Shown piece after piece: positions 17,015 through 25,556 of a stretch of DNA of 41,443 nucleotides; the first letter of the stretch is position 1, and every line of letters starts with the position of its first letter. This DNA comes from a bacterium (GTDB taxonomy: Bacteria > Joyebacterota > Joyebacteria > Joyebacterales > Joyebacteraceae). The notes below the pieces were generated by a model. The model was given only the letters and a program-made list of their open reading frames with translations, made no database searches and was not told where the DNA came from. The stretch covers positions 1-41,443 of the forward strand of contig JALGVN010000006.1 of the NCBI GenBank assembly GCA_025774645.1, given 5' to 3'. Position numbers and translations under genes: made by a program.

Positions 17015-17737
17015 CTACTTCGGCCGGCGGCTCTCGCGCGTCAGAGCGCCGGCTGAGATGACGAGCTCGAGACCCTCGTTGACCGTCATCGGAAGCGGGA
17101 TCACGTCCTCCTGCGGAACGACGAGGAAGAACCCGGACGTCGGGTTCGGCGTCGTCGGGAGAAAGACGGTGACCATCGCGCGGCCGACGGCAGCGGCGAG
17201 CTGCCCGCCGTCCTCGGCCGTCTGGAAGGCAAGACTGTAGCTCCCCTTGTCGGGAAACGGGATGAGGACGACCTTGCGAAAGCTGGTCGACCGCTCGTGC
17301 AGCACCGTCGTGAAGAGACCCTTGGTCGTCCGGTAGATCCAGCGGACGACGGGTATCCGCTCGACGACGCGCTCTCCGAGCTGAATGACCTTCCGTCCGA
17401 TGAAGTTGCTCGCGACCGCACCGATCACGATGATGATAAGGAGGAGAGCCACGAGTCCGACGCCGGGGATGTGCCGGCTCAGGTACTGCTCGACGAACGG
17501 ACCGAGGATCTGGTCGAGCCCGAAGAAGATCCGCCAGAGCACGAAGGCGCTGACCGCCACCGGCAGCAGCACGATCAGGCCCGTGAGGAACCAGCGGCGG
17601 AGCACGCGAAGCGGCCCGTGCCTCGTTGCCGCTCGCACTTCGATCGGCGGCTGCGTGACCGTGGAACCTCCGGCATCGCCCCGTTCCGCAGCGCCGGCGG
17701 TCCCTTCTACCCCTGTGTGTCCGTCTGCCTCGCCCAT
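17015..17737 (-). CDS. DUF502 family membrane protein
   Basis: 240 aa with two TM helices, then RIPVVRWIYRTTKGL...VVLIPFPDKGSYSLAFQT...VFLPTTPNPTSGFFLVVPQEDV, characteristic of DUF502. The start overlaps the upstream CNNM gene by 31 nt, so a later start is possible. Confidence 0.75.
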   Translation of the reverse strand: MGEADGHTGVEGTAGAAERGDAGGSTVTQPPIEVRAATRHGPLRVLRRWFLTGLIVLLPVAVSAFVLWRIFFGLDQILGPFVEQYLSRHIPGVGLVALLLIIIVIGAVASNFIGRKVIQLGERVVERIPVVRWIYRTTKGLFTTVLHERSTSFRKVVLIPFPDKGSYSLAFQTAEDGGQLAAAVGRAMVTVFLPTTPNPTSGFFLVVPQEDVIPLPMTVNEGLELVISAGALTRESRRPK

Positions 17738-18972
17738 TTCGTCCTCACCCTGATCTTCCCGACCCTCGTCGCGCTCGCGGAGATGACCCTGAGCTCGAGC
17801 CCGGCGACCACGACCTCGTCGCCCGGCTCCGGGATCCTCCCGAGCGCCGACAGAACCAGACCGGCGATCGTGTTGTAGTCGCCCTCGGGAAGGTCCAGTC
17901 CGAGCGCGTCCTCGACGGTGTCGATCTCCGCCCTGCCGTCGACCACGAACAGGTCGTCGCCGATCCTCCTCACGAGCGACTCGACGACGTCGTACTCGTC
18001 CTCGATCTCGCCGACGAGCTCCTCGAGCAGGTCCTCGAGCGTGACGACCCCGGAGAGTCCGCCGTGCTCGCCGACGACCACTGCCATGTGCTGCCTTCGC
18101 GCCTGGAGCTCACGGAAGAGCTCGTCGCACGTCTTCGTCTCCGGAACGTGCGGGAGCGGACGTACGAGCCCGCCGACTTCCCGGTCCCTCTCGAGACCCA
18201 GAAGGTCTCGCGAGTGCACCATGCCGTCGATCCGGTCCTTCTCTTCCGAGAAGACCGGGAGCCGCGAGAACCCGTGCGCCCGAATCAGCGCCACGGCGTC
18301 GCCCACCGTCGCACCGGGCGTCAACCCCACGATGTCGGTCCGCGGAACCATGACCTCTTCGACGGTCGTCAGCGCGAATTCGAAGATCCCTGAGATGAGT
18401 CTCGTCTCCTGCGCGTCGACGGCGCCCGCCTTCTCCCCCTCGCTCGTGAGGAGGAGGCGCAGCTGGTCCTTCGTGAGGCGACGCCGCCACTCGGTCGTCC
18501 GGACGCCGAAGGGTCTCAGGATCGCGCTCGCGATCCCGGTGACGACCACGATCACGGGCAACAGAAGCCAGTAGAAGACGCGCAGCGGGTAGATGACCTT
18601 GAGCGTGATCGTGTCCGCGTGCCTGCGACCGACGACCTTCGGGATGATCTCTCCGAACAGGAGGAGCACGACCGTCACGGTGACGGTCGACAGGAGCCCC
18701 ACCCATGCCGCCGGCCAGTCCTTGAGCGCGTGGTGGAGCTTCCAGGACGCGAGCGACGACGTCATCACGACCGCGATGTTCGTCCCGACGAGCGTCGTGC
18801 CGAGGAGCCGCTGCGGGTCCTCGGAGAACTGCGAGAGGGCGCGCGCGCCCCGCCGTCCCTTCTCGAGCCAGTGCTCGAGACGGATCCAGTTGAGAGATAT
18901 GAGCGCCGTCTCCGACCCCGAGAAGAACGCGGCCATCACGACGCCGGCGGCTATGAGAACGACGACCATCAC
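17707..18972 (-). CDS. CNNM/DUF21-CBS-CorC_HlyC family protein (hemolysin-family / putative Mg/Co efflux)
   Basis: 421 aa. N-terminal DUF21 helices (GSETALISL), a CBS pair and a C-terminal CorC_HlyC-like domain (DEYDV...GD..FVVDGRAEIDTVEDALGLDLPEGDYNTIAGLVL). Confidence 0.85.
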   Translation of the reverse strand: MMVVVLIAAGVVMAAFFSGSETALISLNWIRLEHWLEKGRRGARALSQFSEDPQRLLGTTLVGTNIAVVMTSSLASWKLHHALKDWPAAWVGLLSTVTVTVVLLLFGEIIPKVVGRRHADTITLKVIYPLRVFYWLLLPVIVVVTGIASAILRPFGVRTTEWRRRLTKDQLRLLLTSEGEKAGAVDAQETRLISGIFEFALTTVEEVMVPRTDIVGLTPGATVGDAVALIRAHGFSRLPVFSEEKDRIDGMVHSRDLLGLERDREVGGLVRPLPHVPETKTCDELFRELQARRQHMAVVVGEHGGLSGVVTLEDLLEELVGEIEDEYDVVESLVRRIGDDLFVVDGRAEIDTVEDALGLDLPEGDYNTIAGLVLSALGRIPEPGDEVVVAGLELRVISASATRVGKIRVRTKWARQTDTQG

Positions 18973-18978
18973 GGTCCC

Positions 18979-20253
18979 CTACGTCTTCTCTTCCCCGTGG
19001 CCGGAGCGCGGGAGCCTCACGATCCTCACGCTCGTTATCCTCTGCTCTTCCATCCCCTCCACCGTGAACTCGAGCCCGTCGCGCTCGACCTTCTCGCCCT
19101 CGGACGGAATGCGTCCGAAGGCGTCCATGAGATATCCGCCGAGCGTGTCGACGTCCTCTCCGTCGACGGCGACGCCGAGCTCCTCGGCGAGATCGTCCAG
19201 CCTCACGACACCGTCGGCGATGAGCGTCGTCTTGTCGAGAACCTGCAGCAGGGGCTCTTCCGTGTCGTACTCGTCCCTGATCTCCCCGACGATCTCTTCG
19301 ATCAGGTCCTCGAGCGTGACGAGCCCCGCGGTGCCGCCGTACTCGTCGACGGCGATCGCGATGTGGATCCGCCGGCGCTGGAGCTCCCTCAGAAGCTCGC
19401 CGGCCTTCTTGATCTCGGGCGTGAACGTCGGTGCCCGGAGGACGTCCCGGATCGGCCGGTCACGGTCGGAGTCCGGATCGAGCTTCAGGAGGTCCTTCGC
19501 GTAGAGGACGCCGACGATGTGGTCGATGTCGCCCTCGTAGACGGGAAGACGCGAGTACCCGAGATCCTTGACCTCGCCGATCGCCTCACGCAGCGTCGTC
19601 GTGTCCTCGAGACACGTCATGTCGACGCGCGGCACCATCAGCTCCCTCACGACCGTGTCCCCGAACTCCATCACGCTGTCGATCATGTCGCGCTCTTCTT
19701 CCTCGAGCGTGCCGCGCTGCTCGGAGATGGCGACGATGGTCTGGAGCTCCTCGGCGGTGACGAACGGCCTGTCGTCCTCGCTTCCCGAGGCGCCGTCCCC
19801 CATGAGGAAGACGCGCTCGATGACGGCCACGATCGGCCGGAAGACGTTCATGACCGCCGAGAGGGGGGGCGCGCTCCACCGCGCGAACGCGTGGTTGCGC
19901 TGCATCGCGTACATCTTCGGGGCGACCTCGCCGAGGACGAGAATGATGAAGGTGATGACACCGACCTCGAGCGCGATCGTCAGTCCCTCTGAATAGCCCC
20001 GGGTCCGCGCCAACCAGAGCGCCCCGGTCGCGCCCAGGACGCCGGCGGCGACGTTGACGAGCGTGTTGCCGAGGAGGATGGTCACGAGGAGCCGGTCGGG
20101 CTTCTGCATCAGTCGGCTGACCCGGCTCTTCTCGTCGAGTTCGCTCAGGTCCAGCCGCGAGAGGGAAAAATACGCCGTCTCCGAGCCCGAGAAGAGCCCG
20201 GACAGGTAGAGGAGTATCCCGAATCCGCCAAGTGCGAGGAACAGGTAGGTCAT
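18979..20253 (-). CDS. second CNNM/DUF21-CBS-CorC_HlyC family protein (tandem paralog)
   Basis: 424 aa with the same architecture (GSETAYFSL; VDEYGGTAGLVTLEDLIEEIVGEIRDEYD; TLGGYLMDAFGRIP). It lies 6 nt upstream of its paralog. Confidence 0.85.
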   Translation of the reverse strand: MTYLFLALGGFGILLYLSGLFSGSETAYFSLSRLDLSELDEKSRVSRLMQKPDRLLVTILLGNTLVNVAAGVLGATGALWLARTRGYSEGLTIALEVGVITFIILVLGEVAPKMYAMQRNHAFARWSAPPLSAVMNVFRPIVAVIERVFLMGDGASGSEDDRPFVTAEELQTIVAISEQRGTLEEEERDMIDSVMEFGDTVVRELMVPRVDMTCLEDTTTLREAIGEVKDLGYSRLPVYEGDIDHIVGVLYAKDLLKLDPDSDRDRPIRDVLRAPTFTPEIKKAGELLRELQRRRIHIAIAVDEYGGTAGLVTLEDLIEEIVGEIRDEYDTEEPLLQVLDKTTLIADGVVRLDDLAEELGVAVDGEDVDTLGGYLMDAFGRIPSEGEKVERDGLEFTVEGMEEQRITSVRIVRLPRSGHGEEKT

Positions 20254-20771
20254 CGTCTCGTTCCGCGAGCGCGCCCGCCGTGGGGCGGCTCGCTCAGAAA
20301 CTCGCGGACGTAGCGGTTCTCCAGCGTCCGCATCTCCGCCCGCTCGTCAGGCTCTTCGTGATCGTACCCCAGGAGGTGAAGGACCCCGTGCGAGACCAGT
20401 TTCGCGATCTCCCGCTCGAGGGTGCGCTTGTAGCGGCGCGCCTGGACCGCGGCGCGGTCGGTCGAGACGATCACGTCTCCGAGGATCGTCTCGAGTTCAC
20501 CGGGCGGCGCGTCGTTCGTGCCCGCGTCCCCCGCGGCGCCGGCGTCGGCATCGACGTCGGACTCGGCCATCTCGAAGGCTAACACGTCGGTGGGCCGGTC
20601 GCTGTTCCGGAACTCGAGGTTGTACCCCCGGATGAACTCGTCGTCGGCGAAGACGATCGTCGTGTCCGCGCCTTTGCGTCCATGATCGGACAGCAGCCGC
20701 TCGACGAGCCGGCGCACGAGGCGCTTGTCGATTCTAGTTCTCTTCTGCCTGTCGACGATCCTGATCGCCAT
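20250..20771 (-). CDS. ybeY: rRNA maturation RNase YbeY, with an acidic insertion
   Basis: 173 aa. The metal motif HGVLHLLGYDHE is present. There is an ATGA overlap with the downstream CNNM gene. Confidence 0.9.
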   Translation of the reverse strand: MAIRIVDRQKRTRIDKRLVRRLVERLLSDHGRKGADTTIVFADDEFIRGYNLEFRNSDRPTDVLAFEMAESDVDADAGAAGDAGTNDAPPGELETILGDVIVSTDRAAVQARRYKRTLEREIAKLVSHGVLHLLGYDHEEPDERAEMRTLENRYVREFLSEPPHGGRARGTRR

Positions 20772-23055
20772 CCGCGGCCTCGCCGAGCGCGCCTTCCGAT
20801 TCGCCGCTCTCGTCCTGATCCGGGTACTTGATGCGTTGATGGTACATGCCGACGAGCACGCGGAAGAAGGCCTCGCGTATCTTCCTGAGGTCGGCGAGGG
20901 TGAGTTCCGCGTCGTCGAGCTGGTGGTCTCTCCAGCGCTTCTCCATCACGGCGTCGATCTCCGACTCGATCCGCTTCGGCGTGGCCGTCTCGGCGGACGA
21001 CCGGACGCGCGCCTCGATGGTGTCGGCGAGCGCGATGATCGCGGACTCCTTGCTCCGCGGCCGCGGGCCCGGGTAGCTGTAGTTGGCCTTGCTCACCTCA
21101 CCCGGGTCCTCGGATTCCTCGAGCGCCTTGTTGTAGAAGAACTCCATCACGCCCGTCCCGTGGTGCTCCCTGATGACGTCGATGATCGGCTCCGGAAGCC
21201 CCTCCTTCCTCGCGAGCTCCTCGCCGTCCTTGACGTGAGCCCGGAGGACCATGCTCGACATCTTCGGCTTGATGGCCGTGTGCTTGCTGTCCTCGGGGTC
21301 GAGCCCCTGCTGATTCTCGACGAAGTAGCCGGGACCCACGAGCTTGCCGATGTCGTGGTAGTAGGCTCCCACCCGCGCGAGGAGACCGTTGGCCTTGATC
21401 GCCTCCGCGGCGGCCTCCGCGAGGTTGCCGACGACGATGCTGTGATGGTAGCTGCCGGGCGCCGTCATCGCCATCTTCCGCAGAAGAGGTTTGTTCATGT
21501 CGGCGAGCTCGAGGAGGGTGATGTCGGTCGTCACGCGGAACCCGCGCTCGAAGAGCGGGAGCGTCACGACCACGATCCCCATGCTCACGATGGCGTTGAG
21601 ACCGCCCCACCCGATGCGGGTGAGCGTGCCGACGCCGATTTCGAGCCGCGCTATGTCGACGACCAGGATCGCGACCGCGTACGCGGCGACCACCCGGATT
21701 CCCGACCAGTAGAAGTCCTCCCGGTTCCTCACGCGCCTCACTGAGAACGCGGCGACGGTCCCCGCCACGAGCGAGACGATCACAAACGGGAGGGCGAATC
21801 CAGTGTAGAGGGAGACCAGCATGATCACGACGAAGAGTGAGACCACGGCGATCTCGAACCCCAGGAGCATCGAGAAGAGCATCGCGAGGACGGCGACGGG
21901 CACGAGGAACTCCGACGCGTCCGGGACCTTGTGCAACACGGCGGCCCCGATCATGACGACGATCACGACGACGAGGAAGAGCAGCCCCGGCCGTATGCTG
22001 AACAGGAACTTCTTCCGGCGCACGGCCGCGTAGAGCGACAGGAACCCCAGGAGGAGGGCGGCGGAGAGGGCCCTTCCCAGAACCGGGAAGAACCGTCTGT
22101 GACCTTCCTCCATCATGAGGAGTTCGGCCCGCTTCTCGTTCATCGACCGGACCACGTTCACGTGGTCCTTCGTGATCCGCTCGCCGCGCTCGAGTATGAC
22201 CTCGTCCTTCCTCACGTCGACGCCCGTCAGTTCGCTCACGGCGCCGCGCGCGTCCTCTTTCCTCTTCTCGGTCACTTCGGAGTCGTAGAGGACGTTGCCG
22301 ACCAGGAACGGCGCGACGATCTCGCCAACCGCCTTCGACATCGCGGGGTCGTCGAACGTCCTCGACGCCTCCGCCGCGATGAGATCCGGGAGGTTCTCCT
22401 CGCGGTGGAAAGCCGCAACGCGCTGCATCGACTCCTCGTCGTCCTTGAGGAGCACGACCGTCTCGTCTTCCTCGAGCGGCGGGTTGCCGCGCGTCGGCAG
22501 GATCCCTCGCTCGTACAGAAGGAACAGCACCACGCGCGCGCGTTCCTCGACCTCCCTCGACCTGACCTGATCGAGGAGGATCTCTCGCGTCGTGTCGGAG
22601 ACCGCATACCCGAGCTGCCCCAGCATCTCGAGCTTCTGACGGTCGGACTCGTCGCCCGCGCGGATGTCGTAGATTCGCGTCACGAGGTCGCCGAGGATCT
22701 GGCGGTGGTCAGCCTGGATGTCGCGGCGGAAGCGGTAGACCGGGACGACGCTGGCTTCCCTCTGTGCGCGCTCCGTCTCGAGCGCTTCCTCCGACTTCAG
22801 GACGTCGAAGTCGAACGGCGCGACGAGTTCCTGGGCGGCCACCTGGCCGACCTGGAGCTCGATGCCGCTCTCCGGGATGGCCCCGGGGAAGAGGAGTTCG
22901 AGAATCACGAGGAACGCGACGAGGGTAAGGCTCGCGTAGAGGATCGTCCGCGAGCGCTCGTCGGCGTCGACCCGGTCCTCCTGCGCACCGTTACCCAGAC
23001 GGACACGTTCGGTCCGCGCGGGTCCCTCCCGTTTCCGTCCGAACAGGTGAGCCAT
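20734..23055 (-). CDS. 7TM receptor with intracellular HD/HDIG phosphohydrolase domain (PgpH-like)
   Basis: 773 aa. An extracellular N-domain is followed by about 7 TM helices and then YHHSIVVGNLAEAAAEAI...GAYYHDIGK...HHG (HD domain). Confidence 0.85.
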   Translation of the reverse strand: MAHLFGRKREGPARTERVRLGNGAQEDRVDADERSRTILYASLTLVAFLVILELLFPGAIPESGIELQVGQVAAQELVAPFDFDVLKSEEALETERAQREASVVPVYRFRRDIQADHRQILGDLVTRIYDIRAGDESDRQKLEMLGQLGYAVSDTTREILLDQVRSREVEERARVVLFLLYERGILPTRGNPPLEEDETVVLLKDDEESMQRVAAFHREENLPDLIAAEASRTFDDPAMSKAVGEIVAPFLVGNVLYDSEVTEKRKEDARGAVSELTGVDVRKDEVILERGERITKDHVNVVRSMNEKRAELLMMEEGHRRFFPVLGRALSAALLLGFLSLYAAVRRKKFLFSIRPGLLFLVVVIVVMIGAAVLHKVPDASEFLVPVAVLAMLFSMLLGFEIAVVSLFVVIMLVSLYTGFALPFVIVSLVAGTVAAFSVRRVRNREDFYWSGIRVVAAYAVAILVVDIARLEIGVGTLTRIGWGGLNAIVSMGIVVVTLPLFERGFRVTTDITLLELADMNKPLLRKMAMTAPGSYHHSIVVGNLAEAAAEAIKANGLLARVGAYYHDIGKLVGPGYFVENQQGLDPEDSKHTAIKPKMSSMVLRAHVKDGEELARKEGLPEPIIDVIREHHGTGVMEFFYNKALEESEDPGEVSKANYSYPGPRPRSKESAIIALADTIEARVRSSAETATPKRIESEIDAVMEKRWRDHQLDDAELTLADLRKIREAFFRVLVGMYHQRIKYPDQDESGESEGALGEAADGDQDRRQAEEN

Positions 23056-24032
23056 CAGTCGTCCTCCCGCGCCCGCTCTTCCCGCGTCTTCGCGTACCGT
23101 TCGAAGGCCTTGATGATCTCGCGCACGAGGCGGTGCCGGACGACATCGCTCTCGGTGAGGTAGACGAACTCGATTCCGCGGATGTCGTCGAGGATCTCCT
23201 GGATCCTCACCAGACCGGACATCTCCGGCTTGGCGAGGTCGATCTGCGTAATGTCGCCGGTGATGACGGCTCTCGAGTTGAAGCCGAGCCGAGTGAGAAA
23301 CATCTTCATCTGCGGCATCGTGCTGTTCTGCGCCTCGTCGAGGATGACGAAGGCATCGTTCAGCGTCCGTCCGCGCATGTACGCAAGAGGGATGACCTCG
23401 ATCGTTCCGATCTCAGTCAGCCGCTTGACCTTCTCGTAGTCCATGACGTCCCTGAGCGCGTCGTAGAGCGGCCGGAGGTAGGGCGCGATCTTCTCCTGGT
23501 AGTCGCCGGGGAGATACCCGAGGCTCTCCCCCGCCTCGACGGCGGGGCGGACGAGCACGATGCGCTCGACCTCCTTGAGCCTGAGCGCGGCGACCGCCAT
23601 CGCGACGGCGAGGTACGTCTTCCCGGTTCCCGCGGGCCCGATCGACACGACGATGTCGTGGTTCTGCATCGCCTCGACGTACTTCTTCTGGCCGATGGTC
23701 TTCGGCTCGACCGGCTTCTTGAGACCCTGAAGTCTCGTGCCGCCGGCGTAGAAGCGCGACAGCTCCTCGGCGCGGTCAGCGGTGACCATCCGGATGGCGT
23801 ACTCGACGTCCTCCCGCCTCACGGTGCGGCCGCGCCGGATGAGGTTCGCCATTTCGGTCAGCACCGCTTCGATCTGCTGCACCTCCGTGTCGTCGTCTCC
23901 GACGATCGTGATCTCGCCTCCGCGCGCGGTCACCCGCGCGGCGAACGCGTCGTGAATGAGCCGGAGGTTCATGTCGTTCCGGCCGTAGAGGTGGACCGGA
24001 TCGATGTCCTCAACAGAGATCTTCCGCTTCAA
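23055..24032 (-). CDS. phoH: PhoH family ATPase
   Basis: 325 aa. TTG start at 24032. Walker A GPAGTGKTYLAVA. ILDEAQN and ITGDITQIDL motifs are present. Confidence 0.9.
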   Translation of the reverse strand: MKRKISVEDIDPVHLYGRNDMNLRLIHDAFAARVTARGGEITIVGDDDTEVQQIEAVLTEMANLIRRGRTVRREDVEYAIRMVTADRAEELSRFYAGGTRLQGLKKPVEPKTIGQKKYVEAMQNHDIVVSIGPAGTGKTYLAVAMAVAALRLKEVERIVLVRPAVEAGESLGYLPGDYQEKIAPYLRPLYDALRDVMDYEKVKRLTEIGTIEVIPLAYMRGRTLNDAFVILDEAQNSTMPQMKMFLTRLGFNSRAVITGDITQIDLAKPEMSGLVRIQEILDDIRGIEFVYLTESDVVRHRLVREIIKAFERYAKTREERAREDD

Positions 24033-24247
24033 TGCAGTCGGTCCTCGCGTCTCTGTGCGCCGTCGGTCACGGCGTGCCGTTCATCAAAAGGCGGGCCCCT
24101 GGTTCGCGTGTGTGTCCTGGAACCAAGAGCCCGTCCTCATGAGTGCAGATCCAGCTATCGAGTGACTCTCCTGTCCGGCACGCCACTCGCTCACGGACCT
24201 GGATCCGTCTGCTTGCGCGCCGTGAGCCAACCAGAATCACCGCATCC

Positions 24248-24943
24248 CTACCGGGGGATGTTCAGCATCTGGCCGGGCTGGATGACGTCCGGGTTCGAGA
24301 CCGCGTCCTTGTTGGCCTCGAAGATCCGGGTCCACATCCTGCCGTCGCCGTAGATCTCCCAGTAGCCGGCGATCTGCCAGAGGTTCTCGCCCGCATTGAC
24401 CGTGTACGAGTACGGCCAGTCGCGCGGGACCACCAGATCCCATTCCGGGTAGATCAGGTTCGGGTCGTTGAACTCGGCGATGACGTCCTTGTTCGCGCGC
24501 CATATGCGCTTCCACTTGAGCGGATCCGCGTAGATCTCCTCCATCTCGGAGATCTTGTAGAGGAAGTCGCCCTTCTTGACGGTGTACATCCTGGGCAGCC
24601 CCTCGTAGTACGCGATCTCGCGCTCGAGCGTCTCGACCTCACCCCTCAACGCCATGAGCTGCGGCGTCATCGAGTCCAGCTCGGACTCGAGGTCAGACAT
24701 CGCGCGGTTCTCTCGGTCGAGATCCGCCGTCGCCAGCTCGATGCAGCCCTCGTTCGACTCGTACTCGGAAAGAAGCGCGGCGCAGTAATCCGCGGCCTGC
24801 TCCTTCGTGCACTTCTTGTACTCCTCCTCGGTGTAGAAGTCGCCGGACGCCGGATCGGCCGTCCGGGGACACCCGGAGCTGCAGCCCGACACGAGCGCAA
24901 GCGCCGCAAGGAGGACCGCTGCGACTATCAATCTGTACAGCAT
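24248..24943 (-). CDS. lipoprotein with coiled-coil segment and two LysM domains
   Basis: 231 aa. Signal peptide plus lipobox LVSGC. Heptad-like LESELDSMTPQLMALRGEVETLEREI. LysM-like YTVKKGDFLYKISE... and YTVNAGENLWQIAG...VIQPGQMLNIP. AAGGAGAAG SD. Confidence 0.8.
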   Translation of the reverse strand: MLYRLIVAAVLLAALALVSGCSSGCPRTADPASGDFYTEEEYKKCTKEQAADYCAALLSEYESNEGCIELATADLDRENRAMSDLESELDSMTPQLMALRGEVETLEREIAYYEGLPRMYTVKKGDFLYKISEMEEIYADPLKWKRIWRANKDVIAEFNDPNLIYPEWDLVVPRDWPYSYTVNAGENLWQIAGYWEIYGDGRMWTRIFEANKDAVSNPDVIQPGQMLNIPR

Positions 24944-24964
24944 GGTGGTCTTCTCCTTTCCGGC

Positions 24965-25255
24965 TTAACGCCCGCTGCCTTTTCTGAGTTCGTGAAGGCG
25001 TCTTTCGAGCACCTCCGGCTGTCCTTCAAGCTGCGCCAGTTCGGTCTTCGTCACCGAGACTTCCGCCTCGAGTTCGGCTCTCGCCTCCCGCACCGCATCC
25101 AACTCGTCGGTCGCGGCCGCACACCCGTCCTGAGATGTCTGAACCTGCGTCACCGTAGTGTCGCAGGGGGGATTCGAAGCGCACCCCATCAGACCGGCAC
25201 CCAAGACGAGCAGCAGTGAGGCGAGCCCGAGGAGCCGTGCAATATTCCTAGGCAT
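24965..25255 (-). CDS. small coiled-coil lipoprotein
   Basis: I prefer ATG 25255 (MPRNIARLLGLASLLLVLGAGLMGC..., lipobox LMGC), preceded by GGAAGGGGG. A Cys-containing segment is followed by DELDAVREARAELEAEVSVTKTELAQLEG. It lies 21 nt upstream of the LysM gene. Confidence 0.55.
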   Translation of the reverse strand: MPRNIARLLGLASLLLVLGAGLMGCASNPPCDTTVTQVQTSQDGCAAATDELDAVREARAELEAEVSVTKTELAQLEGQPEVLERRLHELRKGSGR

Positions 25256-25344
25256 CGCGTGCCACCCCCTTCCGGCAGTCAATGACAACGTCGCCCCCCA
25301 TCGGGGAGCGAAACTGCGAACCCCACGTTCATGGTCGCTCCGGG

Positions 25345-25373
25345 AAATTAACAGAGCAGAGGGGCAGTGTCAA
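25345..25373 (-). promoter_or_regulatory. sigma70-like promoter TTGACA-17 nt-TAATTT for the lipoprotein pair
   Basis: Minus strand: ccTTGACActgcccctctgctctgtTAATTTccc. The -35 box is 25373..25368 and the -10 box is 25350..25345. It lies about 90 nt upstream of ATG 25255. Confidence 0.4.
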
Positions 25374-25484
25374 GGCCATTCGCTGAGCAGGTGCGAGGTT
25401 AGGGCGCACCAGCAGACCCGGAGGACTGTCTCGGGAGGGGTCCGGAGGAGGGTCAGGGGAGCGGCGGAGCCCTCTCGCCCCCCG

Positions 25485-25556
25485 CTAATTGATGTAGCCC
25501 AGGGCCCTGAGCATCTCTCTCGTCTCTTCATCCAGCTCGGGCGTCTCGATGTCGGC
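25485..25556 (-). repeat. copy 5, more diverged, of the tail-coding segment (ADIETPELDEETREMLRALGYIN*) on the sulfatase-fold gene
   Basis: Plus-strand ctaattgatgtagcccagggccctgagcatctctctcgtctcttcatccagctc... The peptide pattern is the same, on a different AlkP-superfamily subfamily. Confidence 0.7.

Noticed and set aside
24084-24136. Possible terminator between the LysM gene and phoH
   Set aside because: It is an imperfect interrupted hairpin (GGGC..UGGUUC / GAACCA..GCCC) followed by GCCUUUUG. That leaves only about 50 nt with no recognisable promoter before phoH, so the evidence is too weak to call.
3558-25556. Five dispersed ~72-nt similar segments considered as CRISPR, REP or MITE-like repeats
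   Set aside because: Each sits in frame at the 3' end of a CDS and encodes the conserved tail peptide. There is no regular spacing, no inverted repeats and none is intergenic. They are coding paralogy, not a repeat element.
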